Notes: generated from the letters alone by a model not told the origin. DNA of 32,000 nucleotides from Candidatus Omnitrophota bacterium (GCA_963662715.1 OY759724.1:1020001-1052000); one strand, 5' to 3'; positions 7,493 through 16,270 are shown, numbered from the stretch's first letter. A program made the numbers and translations.

Positions 7493-7576
7493 GTAAATGG
7501 AGGTAGGATGATAGCGAAAGCATCAGAAGGCCTATCACCTTATAAGGACGATCCAGCTAGATCGTCCTTATTTTTT
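7493..7576 (+). ncRNA. Candidate small RNA of about 85 nt with unknown family (promoter to terminator unit, no plausible ORF)
   Basis: The predicted TSS is near 7493. Stem-loop 1 is GG(A)TGATAG ... CTATCACC (about 7505-7540), and its apical part contains a GC-GAAA-GC tetraloop hairpin. An intrinsic terminator follows at 7544-7576. The only ORFs are a 4-codon ATG-GAG-GTA-GGA-TGA and a 41-codon frame that reads through the terminator into pgi. Confidence 0.45.
7544..7576 (+). terminator. Rho-independent terminator oriented for the + strand; it may also serve the convergent pgi weakly
   Basis: AAGGACGATC (7544-7553), 6-nt loop, GATCGTCCTT (7560-7569), then ATTTTTT (7570-7576). On the minus strand the hairpin is followed by ATAAGG, with no U-tract. 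Confidence 0.75.
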
Positions 7577-7593
7577 AACCTTTTAATATTCAA

Positions 7594-8868
7594 TCACTTA
7601 CGGCCAAGAAGGGCAAACATCTTCGTTTTATAGGCCTCGACACCCGGCTGATTAAACGGATTCACATCCAACAGATAGCCGGTAATAGCCACTGATTTCT
7701 CAAAGAAGTAATACAGCTCTCCCAAAGACACGGCATCAAACCAGGGAACAGTTATTGTCATGTTAGGAACACCGCCCTCGTAATGGGCCATAGCCGTTGC
7801 CTTATAGGCCTGTTTATTAACATAATCCAGATCTTTACCGGCCACACAATTAAAATTATCAAGATCATCGTCATCCTGCGGGATAATAAGCTGGTGTCCC
7901 GAATTCTCCGAGAGAAGAAAAGTCTCAAACATATTCCTTTCGCCTTCCTGCAACAGCTGTCCCATGGAATGGAGATCCGTTGTGAAACTCAAAGACGCAG
8001 GGAAAATGCCCTTGCCGTCTTTTCCTTCACTCTCTCCAAAAAGCTGTTTCCACCATTCCTCTACAAAAGACAGCCTTTGATAAAAAGTCGACAACACTTC
8101 AATCACTTTACCACGCTGATAGAGCAGATACCGGGCCGCGGCATATTTATAGGCCATATTGGCCTCCATATCCAAAACAACGCAGTCCTTCATGGCCTGC
8201 CGTGCCCCGGCAATTAAGCTTTTAATATCAATACCCGCGATGGCCAGAGGAACAAGGCCGACAGGCGTTAATACGGAGAAACGTCCCCCCACGTCATTAT
8301 TGATAGCAAAAGACCGGTAACCTTCCTGGTCTGTGATGGACCGCAGCGCGCCCTTTTGAGCGTCTGTAATCGTAATAATGCGTTTCTTGATCTCCTCGGG
8401 GGAGTATTTTTCTTCCATGAATTTCTTGATAATCCGAAAAGCCAAAGCCGGCTCCGTGGTCGTCCCGGACTTAGAAATCACAATAACGGAGACTCTTTTG
8501 TCCTTCAACTTTTCCAGCAAGTGATACAGATGCCCGGAGCTCAAATTCTGCCCGGCAAAATAAACAGGCATCTTCTGCTCTGCGATTAGGAACTCCAACG
8601 AGGCCCTGATGCCGATATAGGAACCGCCGATCCCGATACAGATCAGACAATCCGAATGACCACGAACCTCCCGGGCGATATCCAGGATATTGTCTATAAA
8701 AGAATCTGTGATCTTTTCAGGAAGATCCAGCCAGCCTGTATAGTCGCTTCCTTTGCCGGTTCTTTTTAATAAGTGATTATGCGCCTGCTCGACCTTCGAC
8801 TGAATCTGGTCGAAATCCTCCCCGGACAAAAAGCCCTCAAGATATTGTTGATCAAGCTTGATGTTCAT
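7594..8868 (-). CDS. pgi: Glucose-6-phosphate isomerase (short, Gram-positive-like type)
   Basis: 424 aa. Supporting motifs are TGWLDLPE, CIGIGGSYIG, ISKSGTTTEP, GGRFSVLTPVGL and the C-terminal NPFNQPGVEAYK. The SD is AGGAAAGAGG. Confidence 0.9.
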   Translation of the reverse strand: MNIKLDQQYLEGFLSGEDFDQIQSKVEQAHNHLLKRTGKGSDYTGWLDLPEKITDSFIDNILDIAREVRGHSDCLICIGIGGSYIGIRASLEFLIAEQKMPVYFAGQNLSSGHLYHLLEKLKDKRVSVIVISKSGTTTEPALAFRIIKKFMEEKYSPEEIKKRIITITDAQKGALRSITDQEGYRSFAINNDVGGRFSVLTPVGLVPLAIAGIDIKSLIAGARQAMKDCVVLDMEANMAYKYAAARYLLYQRGKVIEVLSTFYQRLSFVEEWWKQLFGESEGKDGKGIFPASLSFTTDLHSMGQLLQEGERNMFETFLLSENSGHQLIIPQDDDDLDNFNCVAGKDLDYVNKQAYKATAMAHYEGGVPNMTITVPWFDAVSLGELYYFFEKSVAITGYLLDVNPFNQPGVEAYKTKMFALLGRK

Positions 8869-8924
8869 CCTCTTTCCTTTCTGAAAATGATGTTAGACAT
8901 GTCTCTCATTACTAAAAAATAAAC

Positions 8925-10025
8925 TCATGACAAATCCCGTACCGCCGCATCAATAAGGCCCCCTCCGATAACGGTCTGCCCCTGATAAAAAACAGCTGAC
9001 TGCCCCGGGGTCACGGATTTCTGCGGCTCGGAGAAATCAAAACGGACCTTATCTTTTCCTAAAAAGGTTAAAGCCCCTTCAACTTCAGGAGCATTATAAC
9101 GAATTCGGACCTTCCCCTCAACAGTCTGTTCCGGAATGTGCGGCAAGAGGCAATTCACCCGGCTGGCGTAAAGCCCCTTCGCAAAAAGATGTTCTTCCGT
9201 GCCGACATAAACGATATTATCTTCGGGGTCAATCTCATAAACATAAACAGGAAACCCCAGAGCCAGCCCCAGCTTATCTCTCTGGCCGATGGTATAGCGG
9301 GCTACGCCCTGATGCCGGCCGACAATGTCTCCCTGAGAATTCTTAAACGGGCCGGGCTTGAAATAAACGTCACCCACGCGGTCCTGAATAAACTGTTTAT
9401 AGCCCTCTTCCGGGACAAAACAAATATCCTGACTCTCGGCTTTCTCGGATGTAGGCAAGGCATACTTCCTGGCCAATCCGCGGACGTCCTGTTTCCGCAA
9501 ATCCCCCAAAGGAAACAGAATGTGCGGCAGATATTCTTTTTTTATGCCATACAAAAAATAGGACTGTTCTTTCTGTTCATCCCGTCCTTTTTTTAAAACA
9601 TACGTGCCGTTTTGCGGCTCAAAATCGATACGCGCATAATGCCCCGTCGCCAAATAATCCATGCCCAAGCGTCTGGCCAGATCGAAAAGGGTTCCGAACT
9701 TCAAATATTGATTACAGCGGACACAGGGATTCGGTGTCCGTCCGTGACAATACTCGGCAATAAAATCCTGAATGATAAATTTTTCAATATCTTCGGCAAA
9801 ATCCAAAACATGATGCGGGATGTCCAGGGCTTTCGCGACCGCCCGGGCATCCTGAATGCCGTCCACCCCGCAGCAAGACGGTTTCCGGCCGGAACCATGA
9901 GGGATGTTAAAACACATCGTCACGCCTTCCACCGTATAGCCCGCGTCCTTCAGCAAGGCGGCTGCGACAGACGAATCAACCCCGCCGCTCATAGCGACCA
10001 TAACTTTTTTAGCAGATTTCTTCAT
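8925..10025 (-). CDS. mnmA: tRNA 2-thiouridine(34) synthase MnmA
   Basis: 366 aa. Supporting evidence is the PP-loop VAMSGGVDSSVAA, PNPCVRCN, ATGHYAR and the typical C-terminal beta-barrel region PGQSAVFY. Confidence 0.92.
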   Translation of the reverse strand: MKKSAKKVMVAMSGGVDSSVAAALLKDAGYTVEGVTMCFNIPHGSGRKPSCCGVDGIQDARAVAKALDIPHHVLDFAEDIEKFIIQDFIAEYCHGRTPNPCVRCNQYLKFGTLFDLARRLGMDYLATGHYARIDFEPQNGTYVLKKGRDEQKEQSYFLYGIKKEYLPHILFPLGDLRKQDVRGLARKYALPTSEKAESQDICFVPEEGYKQFIQDRVGDVYFKPGPFKNSQGDIVGRHQGVARYTIGQRDKLGLALGFPVYVYEIDPEDNIVYVGTEEHLFAKGLYASRVNCLLPHIPEQTVEGKVRIRYNAPEVEGALTFLGKDKVRFDFSEPQKSVTPGQSAVFYQGQTVIGGGLIDAAVRDLS

Positions 10026-10128
10026 GTTGAATTTCCGGTTTTTCAGATATCTTCACAGCCCCGGGGTTTATCTGCCCCGGCGGCTGGCCGGGAGCCGTTA
10101 CATAAATACGGCGCCTTGTGCCCCGTCA

Positions 10129-12375
10129 TTATCTGCGCCGCGGAGACGGTCTCCTGCCGGTAACTCTGACAATGGCCTCATACGTCACCTCGAGGATACG
10201 GTCCATTTCACTCCGGGAGATAGACAAAGGCGGCATAAGGACGATCACATGTCCCAGAGGGCGTAAAATCACGCCCTGCGTACGGGCCCATTGACAGACT
10301 CGGATACCGACCTTTTCTTTCCAGTCATAAGCTTTCTTCGATCTCTTGTCCCTAACCAGCTCGATACCGGCCATAAAGCCCTTCTGCCGGACATCCCCGA
10401 CATGCAGCAAATCGGAAAATTTCTGCAAAGCCTTCTCCAGATATTTAATCTTGGGCTGCAGCTTCTGCAGCGTCTGCTCCTGCTCAAATACGCTTAAATT
10501 GGCCAATGCCGCAGCGCAGCACAAGGGATTCCCGGTGTAGGTATGACCATGAAAAAACGTCTTCTGATCGGCATAGTCAAAACAAAAACCGTCAAAGATT
10601 TTTTGCGAGGTCAACGTGGCCGCCAAAGGCAGATACCCGCCGGTCAATCCTTTCGCCAGACAAAGGAAATCCGGACTTACCCCTTCGTGTTCGCAGGCAA
10701 ACATTTTTCCCGTCCGCCCGAACCCCGTTGCCACTTCGTCGGCAATCAAAAGGATTCTGGATCTGTAACACAGCTCCCTGATCCTTTTTAAAACTCCTTC
10801 CGGCCACACGATCATACCGCCCGCGCCCTGCACAAGCGGTTCAATCACCAGGGCGGCGATTTCATGACGACGGCGTTTCAGGATCGACTCCATGCGCGTG
10901 AGGCATTCCTCAGTATAATCAGGGTACTGCTTCCCTTCCGGAGCACGATAAAAATCCGGGAATTCGATTTCCAGGGTTTGAAAAACCAGCTTTTGATAGA
11001 CTTTGTGAAATAAGTCGATGCCTCCTATACTGACGCTCCCGCAGGTGTCTCCGTGATAAGAATGAGACAAATGGGCCATAAGGGTCTTTTTCGTTTGGCC
11101 TTTATTCTGCCAGTATTGGTACGCCATTTTCACGGCAATCTCTACGGCCGTTGACCCGTTATCAGAGAAAAAAACCTTATCTAAGCCGGCAGACGATATT
11201 TCCACCAGCTTTTTCGCCAAAGAGATCGACGGTTTATGAGATAACCCCAGCAGCGTGGAATGGCTTAACTGATTGATCTGCGTCTTAATAGCCTGATCGA
11301 TCAGGGGATGCCCGTGTCCGTGGACATTCACCCACAGGCTTGAAACACCGTCAAGGTATTTCTGTCCCGAGACGTCTTCCAGGTAGGCCCCCCGGGCTTT
11401 CTGGATCACCAAAGGCTCTTCCTGCTTCCAGTCTTTCATCTGCGTAAAAGGATGCCAGATATACTTTTTATCCCAGTTCTCCCAGGGACCTTTCTGCCCT
11501 TCCGGCTGGGCCCCCCAAACGCATCGCAGATTAATGACCCGGCGGCATTTGTCCACAACCTGCTCCTTGATATCCTTCAGCGGCTCCGGGCCGAGATAAG
11601 GGATGATGCCCAGAACAGGCACATGAGCGATCCGGCTGATCGTCGGGGGATTCGTCTTCTCCGGCAAACCCCGCGGATGCGGCGCAGATTCGCTGAAAAT
11701 GATGCCCTTCACCCTAAGGCCTTTTTCTTCAGCCTGACGAATGGTCAGGAGGGTGTGATTAATCGTGCCCAGTCCCAAACGGGCCACAACAATGACTTCG
11801 ATATCCAATGCCCGGATCAAATCAGCCATAAGGTACTTTTCTTCAATGGGGACCAAAAGGCCGCCGGCTCCCTCCACCAGCGTCATATCATGTTTCTGCT
11901 TCAAAGTGTGATACTTCTCCAGAACATCCTTCGGTTGAAAACGGATTCTTTCCCGGCGGAATGCGACATGCGGAGAAAGGGCGGATTTGGCTTGAAACGG
12001 GCGGATATCCGCCAACTCGTCTTTTATGTCCAAAAGCTGCTGCAGCATTTCAGCATCGTCTCCGCCGCACTGCACGGGTTTCATAATTCCGACATCTATC
12101 CCCTTTTTCTGCAACAACAGACCCAGAACGCCCGCAACGATAGTCTTCCCGACGCCCGTATCCGTCCCTGTAATGAATACGGCCCGCCCGTGTCTGGGCT
12201 TGGGCTCTGCGCCTTGCGGCCGAGGGTTCTCTTTCCCCCCGTGTTGCTGCGCCTGTTTTGATTTCCTGCCCGCCCGTCTTTTGGCCGATAACTCCTCCGC
12301 CATCATGTCAAGAATATCCAGTGGATTGACAACATCATTGTCTTTATTTTTCTTGCCTCTTTTATCCTGCTTCAT
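10129..12375 (-). CDS. bioDA: Bifunctional dethiobiotin synthetase / adenosylmethionine-8-amino-7-oxononanoate aminotransferase (BioD-BioA fusion) with a basic N-terminal extension of about 60 aa
   Basis: 748 aa. The BioD P-loop FITGTDTGVGKT is at about aa 67, with the EGAGG motif. From about aa 300 the sequence reads as BioA (IWHPFTQM, class-III PLP aminotransferase blocks, DEVATGFGRTG, KGLTGGY). The start ATG overlaps the bioC stop (ATGA). Confidence 0.88.
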   Translation of the reverse strand: MKQDKRGKKNKDNDVVNPLDILDMMAEELSAKRRAGRKSKQAQQHGGKENPRPQGAEPKPRHGRAVFITGTDTGVGKTIVAGVLGLLLQKKGIDVGIMKPVQCGGDDAEMLQQLLDIKDELADIRPFQAKSALSPHVAFRRERIRFQPKDVLEKYHTLKQKHDMTLVEGAGGLLVPIEEKYLMADLIRALDIEVIVVARLGLGTINHTLLTIRQAEEKGLRVKGIIFSESAPHPRGLPEKTNPPTISRIAHVPVLGIIPYLGPEPLKDIKEQVVDKCRRVINLRCVWGAQPEGQKGPWENWDKKYIWHPFTQMKDWKQEEPLVIQKARGAYLEDVSGQKYLDGVSSLWVNVHGHGHPLIDQAIKTQINQLSHSTLLGLSHKPSISLAKKLVEISSAGLDKVFFSDNGSTAVEIAVKMAYQYWQNKGQTKKTLMAHLSHSYHGDTCGSVSIGGIDLFHKVYQKLVFQTLEIEFPDFYRAPEGKQYPDYTEECLTRMESILKRRRHEIAALVIEPLVQGAGGMIVWPEGVLKRIRELCYRSRILLIADEVATGFGRTGKMFACEHEGVSPDFLCLAKGLTGGYLPLAATLTSQKIFDGFCFDYADQKTFFHGHTYTGNPLCCAAALANLSVFEQEQTLQKLQPKIKYLEKALQKFSDLLHVGDVRQKGFMAGIELVRDKRSKKAYDWKEKVGIRVCQWARTQGVILRPLGHVIVLMPPLSISRSEMDRILEVTYEAIVRVTGRRPSPRRR

Positions 12376-13163
12376 AATAATTCCCTCTTTCGAGCAACAA
12401 TTTTGATAACTTCAAAAGTCGCCTGTATTCCCTGCTGTGATTTAAATTGAGATTTATAGTACTGATCCGCCGCCGCTAAACCTTCCCTGCCTATAAAAAA
12501 CGTCCCGTTCATCGTGTTGGCGCCGATAGCTTTAAGCCAGCGCAGCAAATCCAGCAAATCCGTAAAAGGTCTCCGGCTGTTTTGTCTCTGCTGCCTGATG
12601 ATCTGAAACCCCTGCCCTTGCAGGGCCGAAAGGACAGACTCCCCCTCCGGCAGGCGGGATGTCAACGGGACACTCCGGCCCGGTATAGACGGAAAGGCGT
12701 TTTGAAATGACTCGTACATTTCCCAAAGGGTTTCCCGGGTAAACAATGTGACATACAACTCCCCGTCCTTTCCCAGGACCCGGTAAATCTGGCGGAAAGA
12801 CGCCGAAAGGTCCTCAACCCATTGATAGGCCAGGTTAGAGACAACCAGATGAAAAACATTATCTTTAAACGGAAGGTGCGCGGCATCCGCCTGTACCGCC
12901 TGAATGCCCACCCGGTTTTTTCTGACGAAATGAGCCATGCCAAAAGCCAGGTCCATGCCCACCACTCCGGCGCCGGGGAAAGCCCTCTGCAGTTCCTGGG
13001 TCATCCACCCGGTGCCCATTCCGACATCCAGCAGGAACATGCTGTCCCGCCGAGACGGGATGTCCGCCAAAAGGTCCCTGCCGATGTCCTGCTGAAGAGC
13101 CGTATGCTGATCATAACGATGCGCTGAGCCGGAAAAAGCTTTTTGAATATGTTGTTTGTTCAT
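12372..13163 (-). CDS. bioC: Malonyl-ACP O-methyltransferase BioC
   Basis: 263 aa. The N-terminal IQKAFSGSAHRYDQHTALQQ is typical of BioC. The SAM-binding motif is LDVGMGTG. The operon context also supports the call. Confidence 0.85.
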   Translation of the reverse strand: MNKQHIQKAFSGSAHRYDQHTALQQDIGRDLLADIPSRRDSMFLLDVGMGTGWMTQELQRAFPGAGVVGMDLAFGMAHFVRKNRVGIQAVQADAAHLPFKDNVFHLVVSNLAYQWVEDLSASFRQIYRVLGKDGELYVTLFTRETLWEMYESFQNAFPSIPGRSVPLTSRLPEGESVLSALQGQGFQIIRQQRQNSRRPFTDLLDLLRWLKAIGANTMNGTFFIGREGLAAADQYYKSQFKSQQGIQATFEVIKIVARKRELL

Positions 13164-13181
13164 GACCCTTCTCTCTTTAAT

Positions 13182-14048
13182 TCATGCCGTTATCCCGTCA
13201 ACCGCGATATAAGCCGTTAAAAATCTTTCGAGCGTATCATTAAATTCATAAGGCTTTGTTAAAAAGGGGAAATGACCGCATTCGCCGAGCCAATCCAGCC
13301 GCACTTGCGGATTCTCCTTTTTAATATTCTGCAGAAGAGGACGCGGGCAGATGTAATCTTCTGTTCCGTTAATCATCTGCACGGGGATAGGGCATTGGGA
13401 CAGAACGGGGCGTAAATCCGCCGTAGCGATAATATCAAGAAAAGATATGAGAGCTTCGCGCTGCGGGGCTGTCTCCTGCCGACGGAAAGTCTGAATCCAT
13501 TTATACCGGCGGCCTTCACGTTCCGTTTGCGTAAATAATGAACGGAAAAAAACCCTCACAATGGAAGGGTAAGCTGTCTGGATTTGCCCTTTCAGCTTCA
13601 GCACCCGCGCCAGGGTCAGACCGCATAAAAAATCTTCACTCTGCACAAATTTCGGCAATGCCCCGACAAAAGCCAAGGCTTTAATTCCCGCCGCTTCCTG
13701 CTCGGCCAGGCTTAACGCCACCAGCCCTCCGAAAGAGCTCGCGACAACCCCCCATCTGCCACCGTCTTTCTGAATGAACAGTTCGAGAATATCCCGGGCG
13801 ATATCCGGCAGGGATACCGGCTGCCATTCCGTCTGACCGTGCCCCGGCAAATCAAGGGAAATAACCCGGTATTTCCGGGAAAAATACTTGTGCTGCTGCC
13901 GCCAAATCCGGCCGTCAACACCCCAGCCGTGCAGAAATAATAAGGCCGGGCCGTGCCCCTCCTCTTCATAATGCCATCGCATACCGCGGGAAGATGTTAA
14001 ATAAGACATAAGTCCCTGCCTATCTTTTGCATTTTCTGAATGAGACAT
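13182..14048 (-). CDS. bioH: Pimeloyl-ACP methyl ester carboxylesterase (BioH-type alpha/beta hydrolase)
   Basis: Supporting motifs are LLFLHGWGVDGRIWRQQ, the nucleophile elbow ASSFGG, and a C-terminal GHFPF His motif. The gene lies between bioF and bioC. The start is uncertain. The ATG at 14048 has a good SD (AAGAGGA) but overlaps bioF by 52 nt. Alternative ATGs lie at 14009 and at 13982 (MRWHYEE, the canonical BioH length). Confidence 0.8.
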   Translation of the reverse strand: MSHSENAKDRQGLMSYLTSSRGMRWHYEEEGHGPALLFLHGWGVDGRIWRQQHKYFSRKYRVISLDLPGHGQTEWQPVSLPDIARDILELFIQKDGGRWGVVASSFGGLVALSLAEQEAAGIKALAFVGALPKFVQSEDFLCGLTLARVLKLKGQIQTAYPSIVRVFFRSLFTQTEREGRRYKWIQTFRRQETAPQREALISFLDIIATADLRPVLSQCPIPVQMINGTEDYICPRPLLQNIKKENPQVRLDWLGECGHFPFLTKPYEFNDTLERFLTAYIAVDGITA

Positions 14049-15169
14049 TCACAATCCTCTTGTGAATGTCTGGCCGTGACCGTCAGGCGCAACCGGGCGG
14101 TCCTGGCCGGAACCGTCGGAGGGCGGATAGCCGAGACAAGAATACCTTGCTCGAACAACCGGCGGGAAAACGTCAATGCGCGTTCCTCCTCCTTGATCAA
14201 GACGGGGATGATCGGGGTGCGGGAATGCATCGTATCAAAGCCCAAATTTTGCAAAGACTCTAATACAAAACGGGTGTTTTTCCACAAAGTTTTCCGCCGC
14301 TCCGGTTCTGTTTCCAGGATGTCCAGAGCTTTTAACGAGGCCGCCGCCACCGCCGGGGGCAACGCCGTGGTATAGACAAAGCTCCTCGCTTTGTTTATCA
14401 GGAAGTCCATCAAACATTTGGACCCGCAGCAATACGCCCCAAAAGAGCCCAAAGCCTTTGAGAGGGTTCCCATCTGAATATCGACGTCTTGCGAGCAGTT
14501 GAAATGCTCTGCCGCCCCTTTTCCTTTTTCCCCTAAAACCCCGGTGCCGTGCGCGTCATCAACCATCACCACCACCCCGTATTCCCGGGCCAAACGGATG
14601 ATCTCATCTAAAGGAGCGACATCCCCGTCCATGCTGAAGACAGATTCGGTTATAATGACCTTCTTTTTACAGCCCCCGGAACGCTGCAGCAAACGCTCCA
14701 GGGCCTGCATGTCCCGGTGCGGATACCTGCGAAAAGAGGCCCGGCTTAAAACAATCCCGTCCAGAATAGAAGCATGGTTTAACCGGTCACAAAGGATAAG
14801 GTCTCCCCGGCCGAATAAAGACGATATGATACCAACATTCGCCATATATCCGCAATTAAAAATTAAACAACTTTCCGTTCCCTTAAAAGCCGCCAGCCGC
14901 TCTTCCAGTTCCCGGTGCTCCGACAATGTCCCGCAGACCAGACGGGACGCCCCGGAGCCAAAACCCGACCGGGTTAAAGCGCTTACGGCCGCCTCTTTCA
15001 GACGGGGATCGGCGGCCAGGCCGAGGTAATTGTTGGAGCAGAAATTCAGGTAAGCTTTCCCTCCCATCACAATGGTCCGGTCCTGCGCGCCGTCCACGCA
15101 TCGCAAGGAACGGCGCAGATTCTTCCTGTCCAAATCGGCCAGTTGTTCTTTTAAGAACGCATCAAGCAT
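13997..15169 (-). CDS. bioF: 8-amino-7-oxononanoate synthase BioF
   Basis: 390 aa. It shows alpha-oxoamine synthase motifs (NNYLGL, DDAHGTG, GTLSKALG with the PLP lysine). The SD is GGGAGAGG. Confidence 0.92.
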   Translation of the reverse strand: MLDAFLKEQLADLDRKNLRRSLRCVDGAQDRTIVMGGKAYLNFCSNNYLGLAADPRLKEAAVSALTRSGFGSGASRLVCGTLSEHRELEERLAAFKGTESCLIFNCGYMANVGIISSLFGRGDLILCDRLNHASILDGIVLSRASFRRYPHRDMQALERLLQRSGGCKKKVIITESVFSMDGDVAPLDEIIRLAREYGVVVMVDDAHGTGVLGEKGKGAAEHFNCSQDVDIQMGTLSKALGSFGAYCCGSKCLMDFLINKARSFVYTTALPPAVAAASLKALDILETEPERRKTLWKNTRFVLESLQNLGFDTMHSRTPIIPVLIKEEERALTFSRRLFEQGILVSAIRPPTVPARTARLRLTVTARHSQEDCECLIQKMQKIGRDLCLI

Positions 15170-15225
15170 AGCCTCTCCCTGATGTCATGCCGCAACCCGC
15201 ATGCGCGTCAGGCTGCGGCCCTCCG

Positions 15226-16182
15226 TTATATCAACTCAACATCCCCTGTCATTCGGGTAATAAGATCACCGTCTTCATTCAGGATCACCAACCCGCCTTC
15301 TGCAGACAAATCAACGGCCTTCCCCTCAATAATCCGATGATGTTCAGAGAGGCGGATCCGCCGTCCGATCGTTATGGATAACGCCTTCCACCGCTCGATC
15401 ACAGGGGAGAAGTCACGGGCCTGCAAGCAACCGTACCAGTATTCTGTCTTCTGCAGGACATTCTGCAGAAGACAAATTCTTGACACTTTATTTCCCGATT
15501 CCATTTTCAGGGATGTGCCCCGGGGAGGAAGATGAACTTTATCGGCATTGACATTCATGCCGAGCCCGACAATAACAAATTTCACCCGGTCTGTTTCGGC
15601 ATTCATTTCCGTTAAAATTCCCGCGACTTTTCTCCCTCCGATCAGCACGTCATTAGGCCATTTAATCGCGGCCTTAAGCCCGGTTGCTTCCCGGACCGTC
15701 TCGCAGACGGCTATCGCCGCCACAAAAGTGATCCACCCCACTTCCAGCGGTGATAAATCAGGCCTTAATATCAGGGAAGTGTAAAGCCCTTTTCCTTTAG
15801 GGGAAATCCAGGTCCGGCCCAGCCGTCCACGCCCCCGGGTTTGGGATTCTGCGCAGACCAGCGTCCCTTCGGGACTTCCCTGAGCAGCCAGGCGGAACGC
15901 CTCATCCATCGTGGAAGAGATCGTTTCATAATAATAAACTGTCCGGCCCAGCCGTTCTGTGGCCAGGCCCGCGAAGATTTCTTCCGGCAATAATTTATCA
16001 GGACAGGATTTCAGGTAATATCCCCGGTGAGGAACCGCCTCAATTTTATAGCCCGCCAAACGCAGGTCCCGGACATGCTTCCAGACCGCCGCCCGGCTTA
16101 TCTTCAAGTGCCGGCTTAATTTCTGCCCGGAAACAAATGTCTTGTTGGACTTGAGATACTGTATGATCCTTTCCTGAACCAT
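15226..16182 (-). CDS. birA: Bifunctional biotin-[acetyl-CoA-carboxylase] ligase / biotin operon repressor BirA (class II, with an N-terminal wHTH)
   Basis: 318 aa. The N-terminal HTH is SGQKLSRHLKISRAAVWKHVRDLRLAGYKIE. The ligase motifs are GRGRLGRTW and KWPNDV. Confidence 0.9.
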   Translation of the reverse strand: MVQERIIQYLKSNKTFVSGQKLSRHLKISRAAVWKHVRDLRLAGYKIEAVPHRGYYLKSCPDKLLPEEIFAGLATERLGRTVYYYETISSTMDEAFRLAAQGSPEGTLVCAESQTRGRGRLGRTWISPKGKGLYTSLILRPDLSPLEVGWITFVAAIAVCETVREATGLKAAIKWPNDVLIGGRKVAGILTEMNAETDRVKFVIVGLGMNVNADKVHLPPRGTSLKMESGNKVSRICLLQNVLQKTEYWYGCLQARDFSPVIERWKALSITIGRRIRLSEHHRIIEGKAVDLSAEGGLVILNEDGDLITRMTGDVELI

Positions 16183-16217
16183 GAGCCTACCCCTTGTGAT
16201 TTTTTAAAACCACACCA

Positions 16218-16246
16218 ATATTATCTTTCTTCCGCCAAAATGTCAA
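16218..16246 (-). promoter_or_regulatory. Near-consensus sigma70 promoter of the birA-bio operon
   Basis: Minus strand reads TTGACA (16246-16241), 17-nt spacer (TTTTGGCGGAAGAAAGA), TAATAT (16223-16218). The SD AAGGGG lies 8 nt before the birA ATG. Confidence 0.65.
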
Positions 16247-16270
16247 CCAAATCTACAAATTAAGTTTACA
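16241..16270. promoter_or_regulatory. BirA operator (bioO-like inverted repeat) overlapping the -35 of the birA-bio promoter
   Basis: TGTCAACC (16241-16248), 14-nt spacer, AGTTTACA (16263-16270). This compares with the E. coli bioO half-sites TGTAAACC ... GGTTTACA as I recall them. The left half-site contains the complement of the TTGACA -35 hexamer. Confidence 0.65.

Noticed and set aside
7505-7540. The sRNA candidate as SRP (4.5S) RNA, because UAGCGAAAGCAUCAGAAGG resembles a stretch near the 3' end of B. subtilis scRNA
   Set aside because: It lacks the universally conserved domain IV (GGAA tetraloop with flanking AGCA/GGUCA symmetric-loop motifs). The transcript is also too short to have paired 5'/3' ends.
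8894-8903. Perfect 10-nt palindrome AGACATGTCT upstream of pgi
   Set aside because: Palindromes of this length are expected many times by chance in a 32-kb window, and there is no supporting promoter geometry.
11452-12261. 269-aa + strand ORF antisense to bioDA (also 9612-10163 antisense to mnmA and 23866-24510 antisense to rlmN)
   Set aside because: These are long antisense frames within well-supported conserved genes. They have no start context and no recognisable domains.
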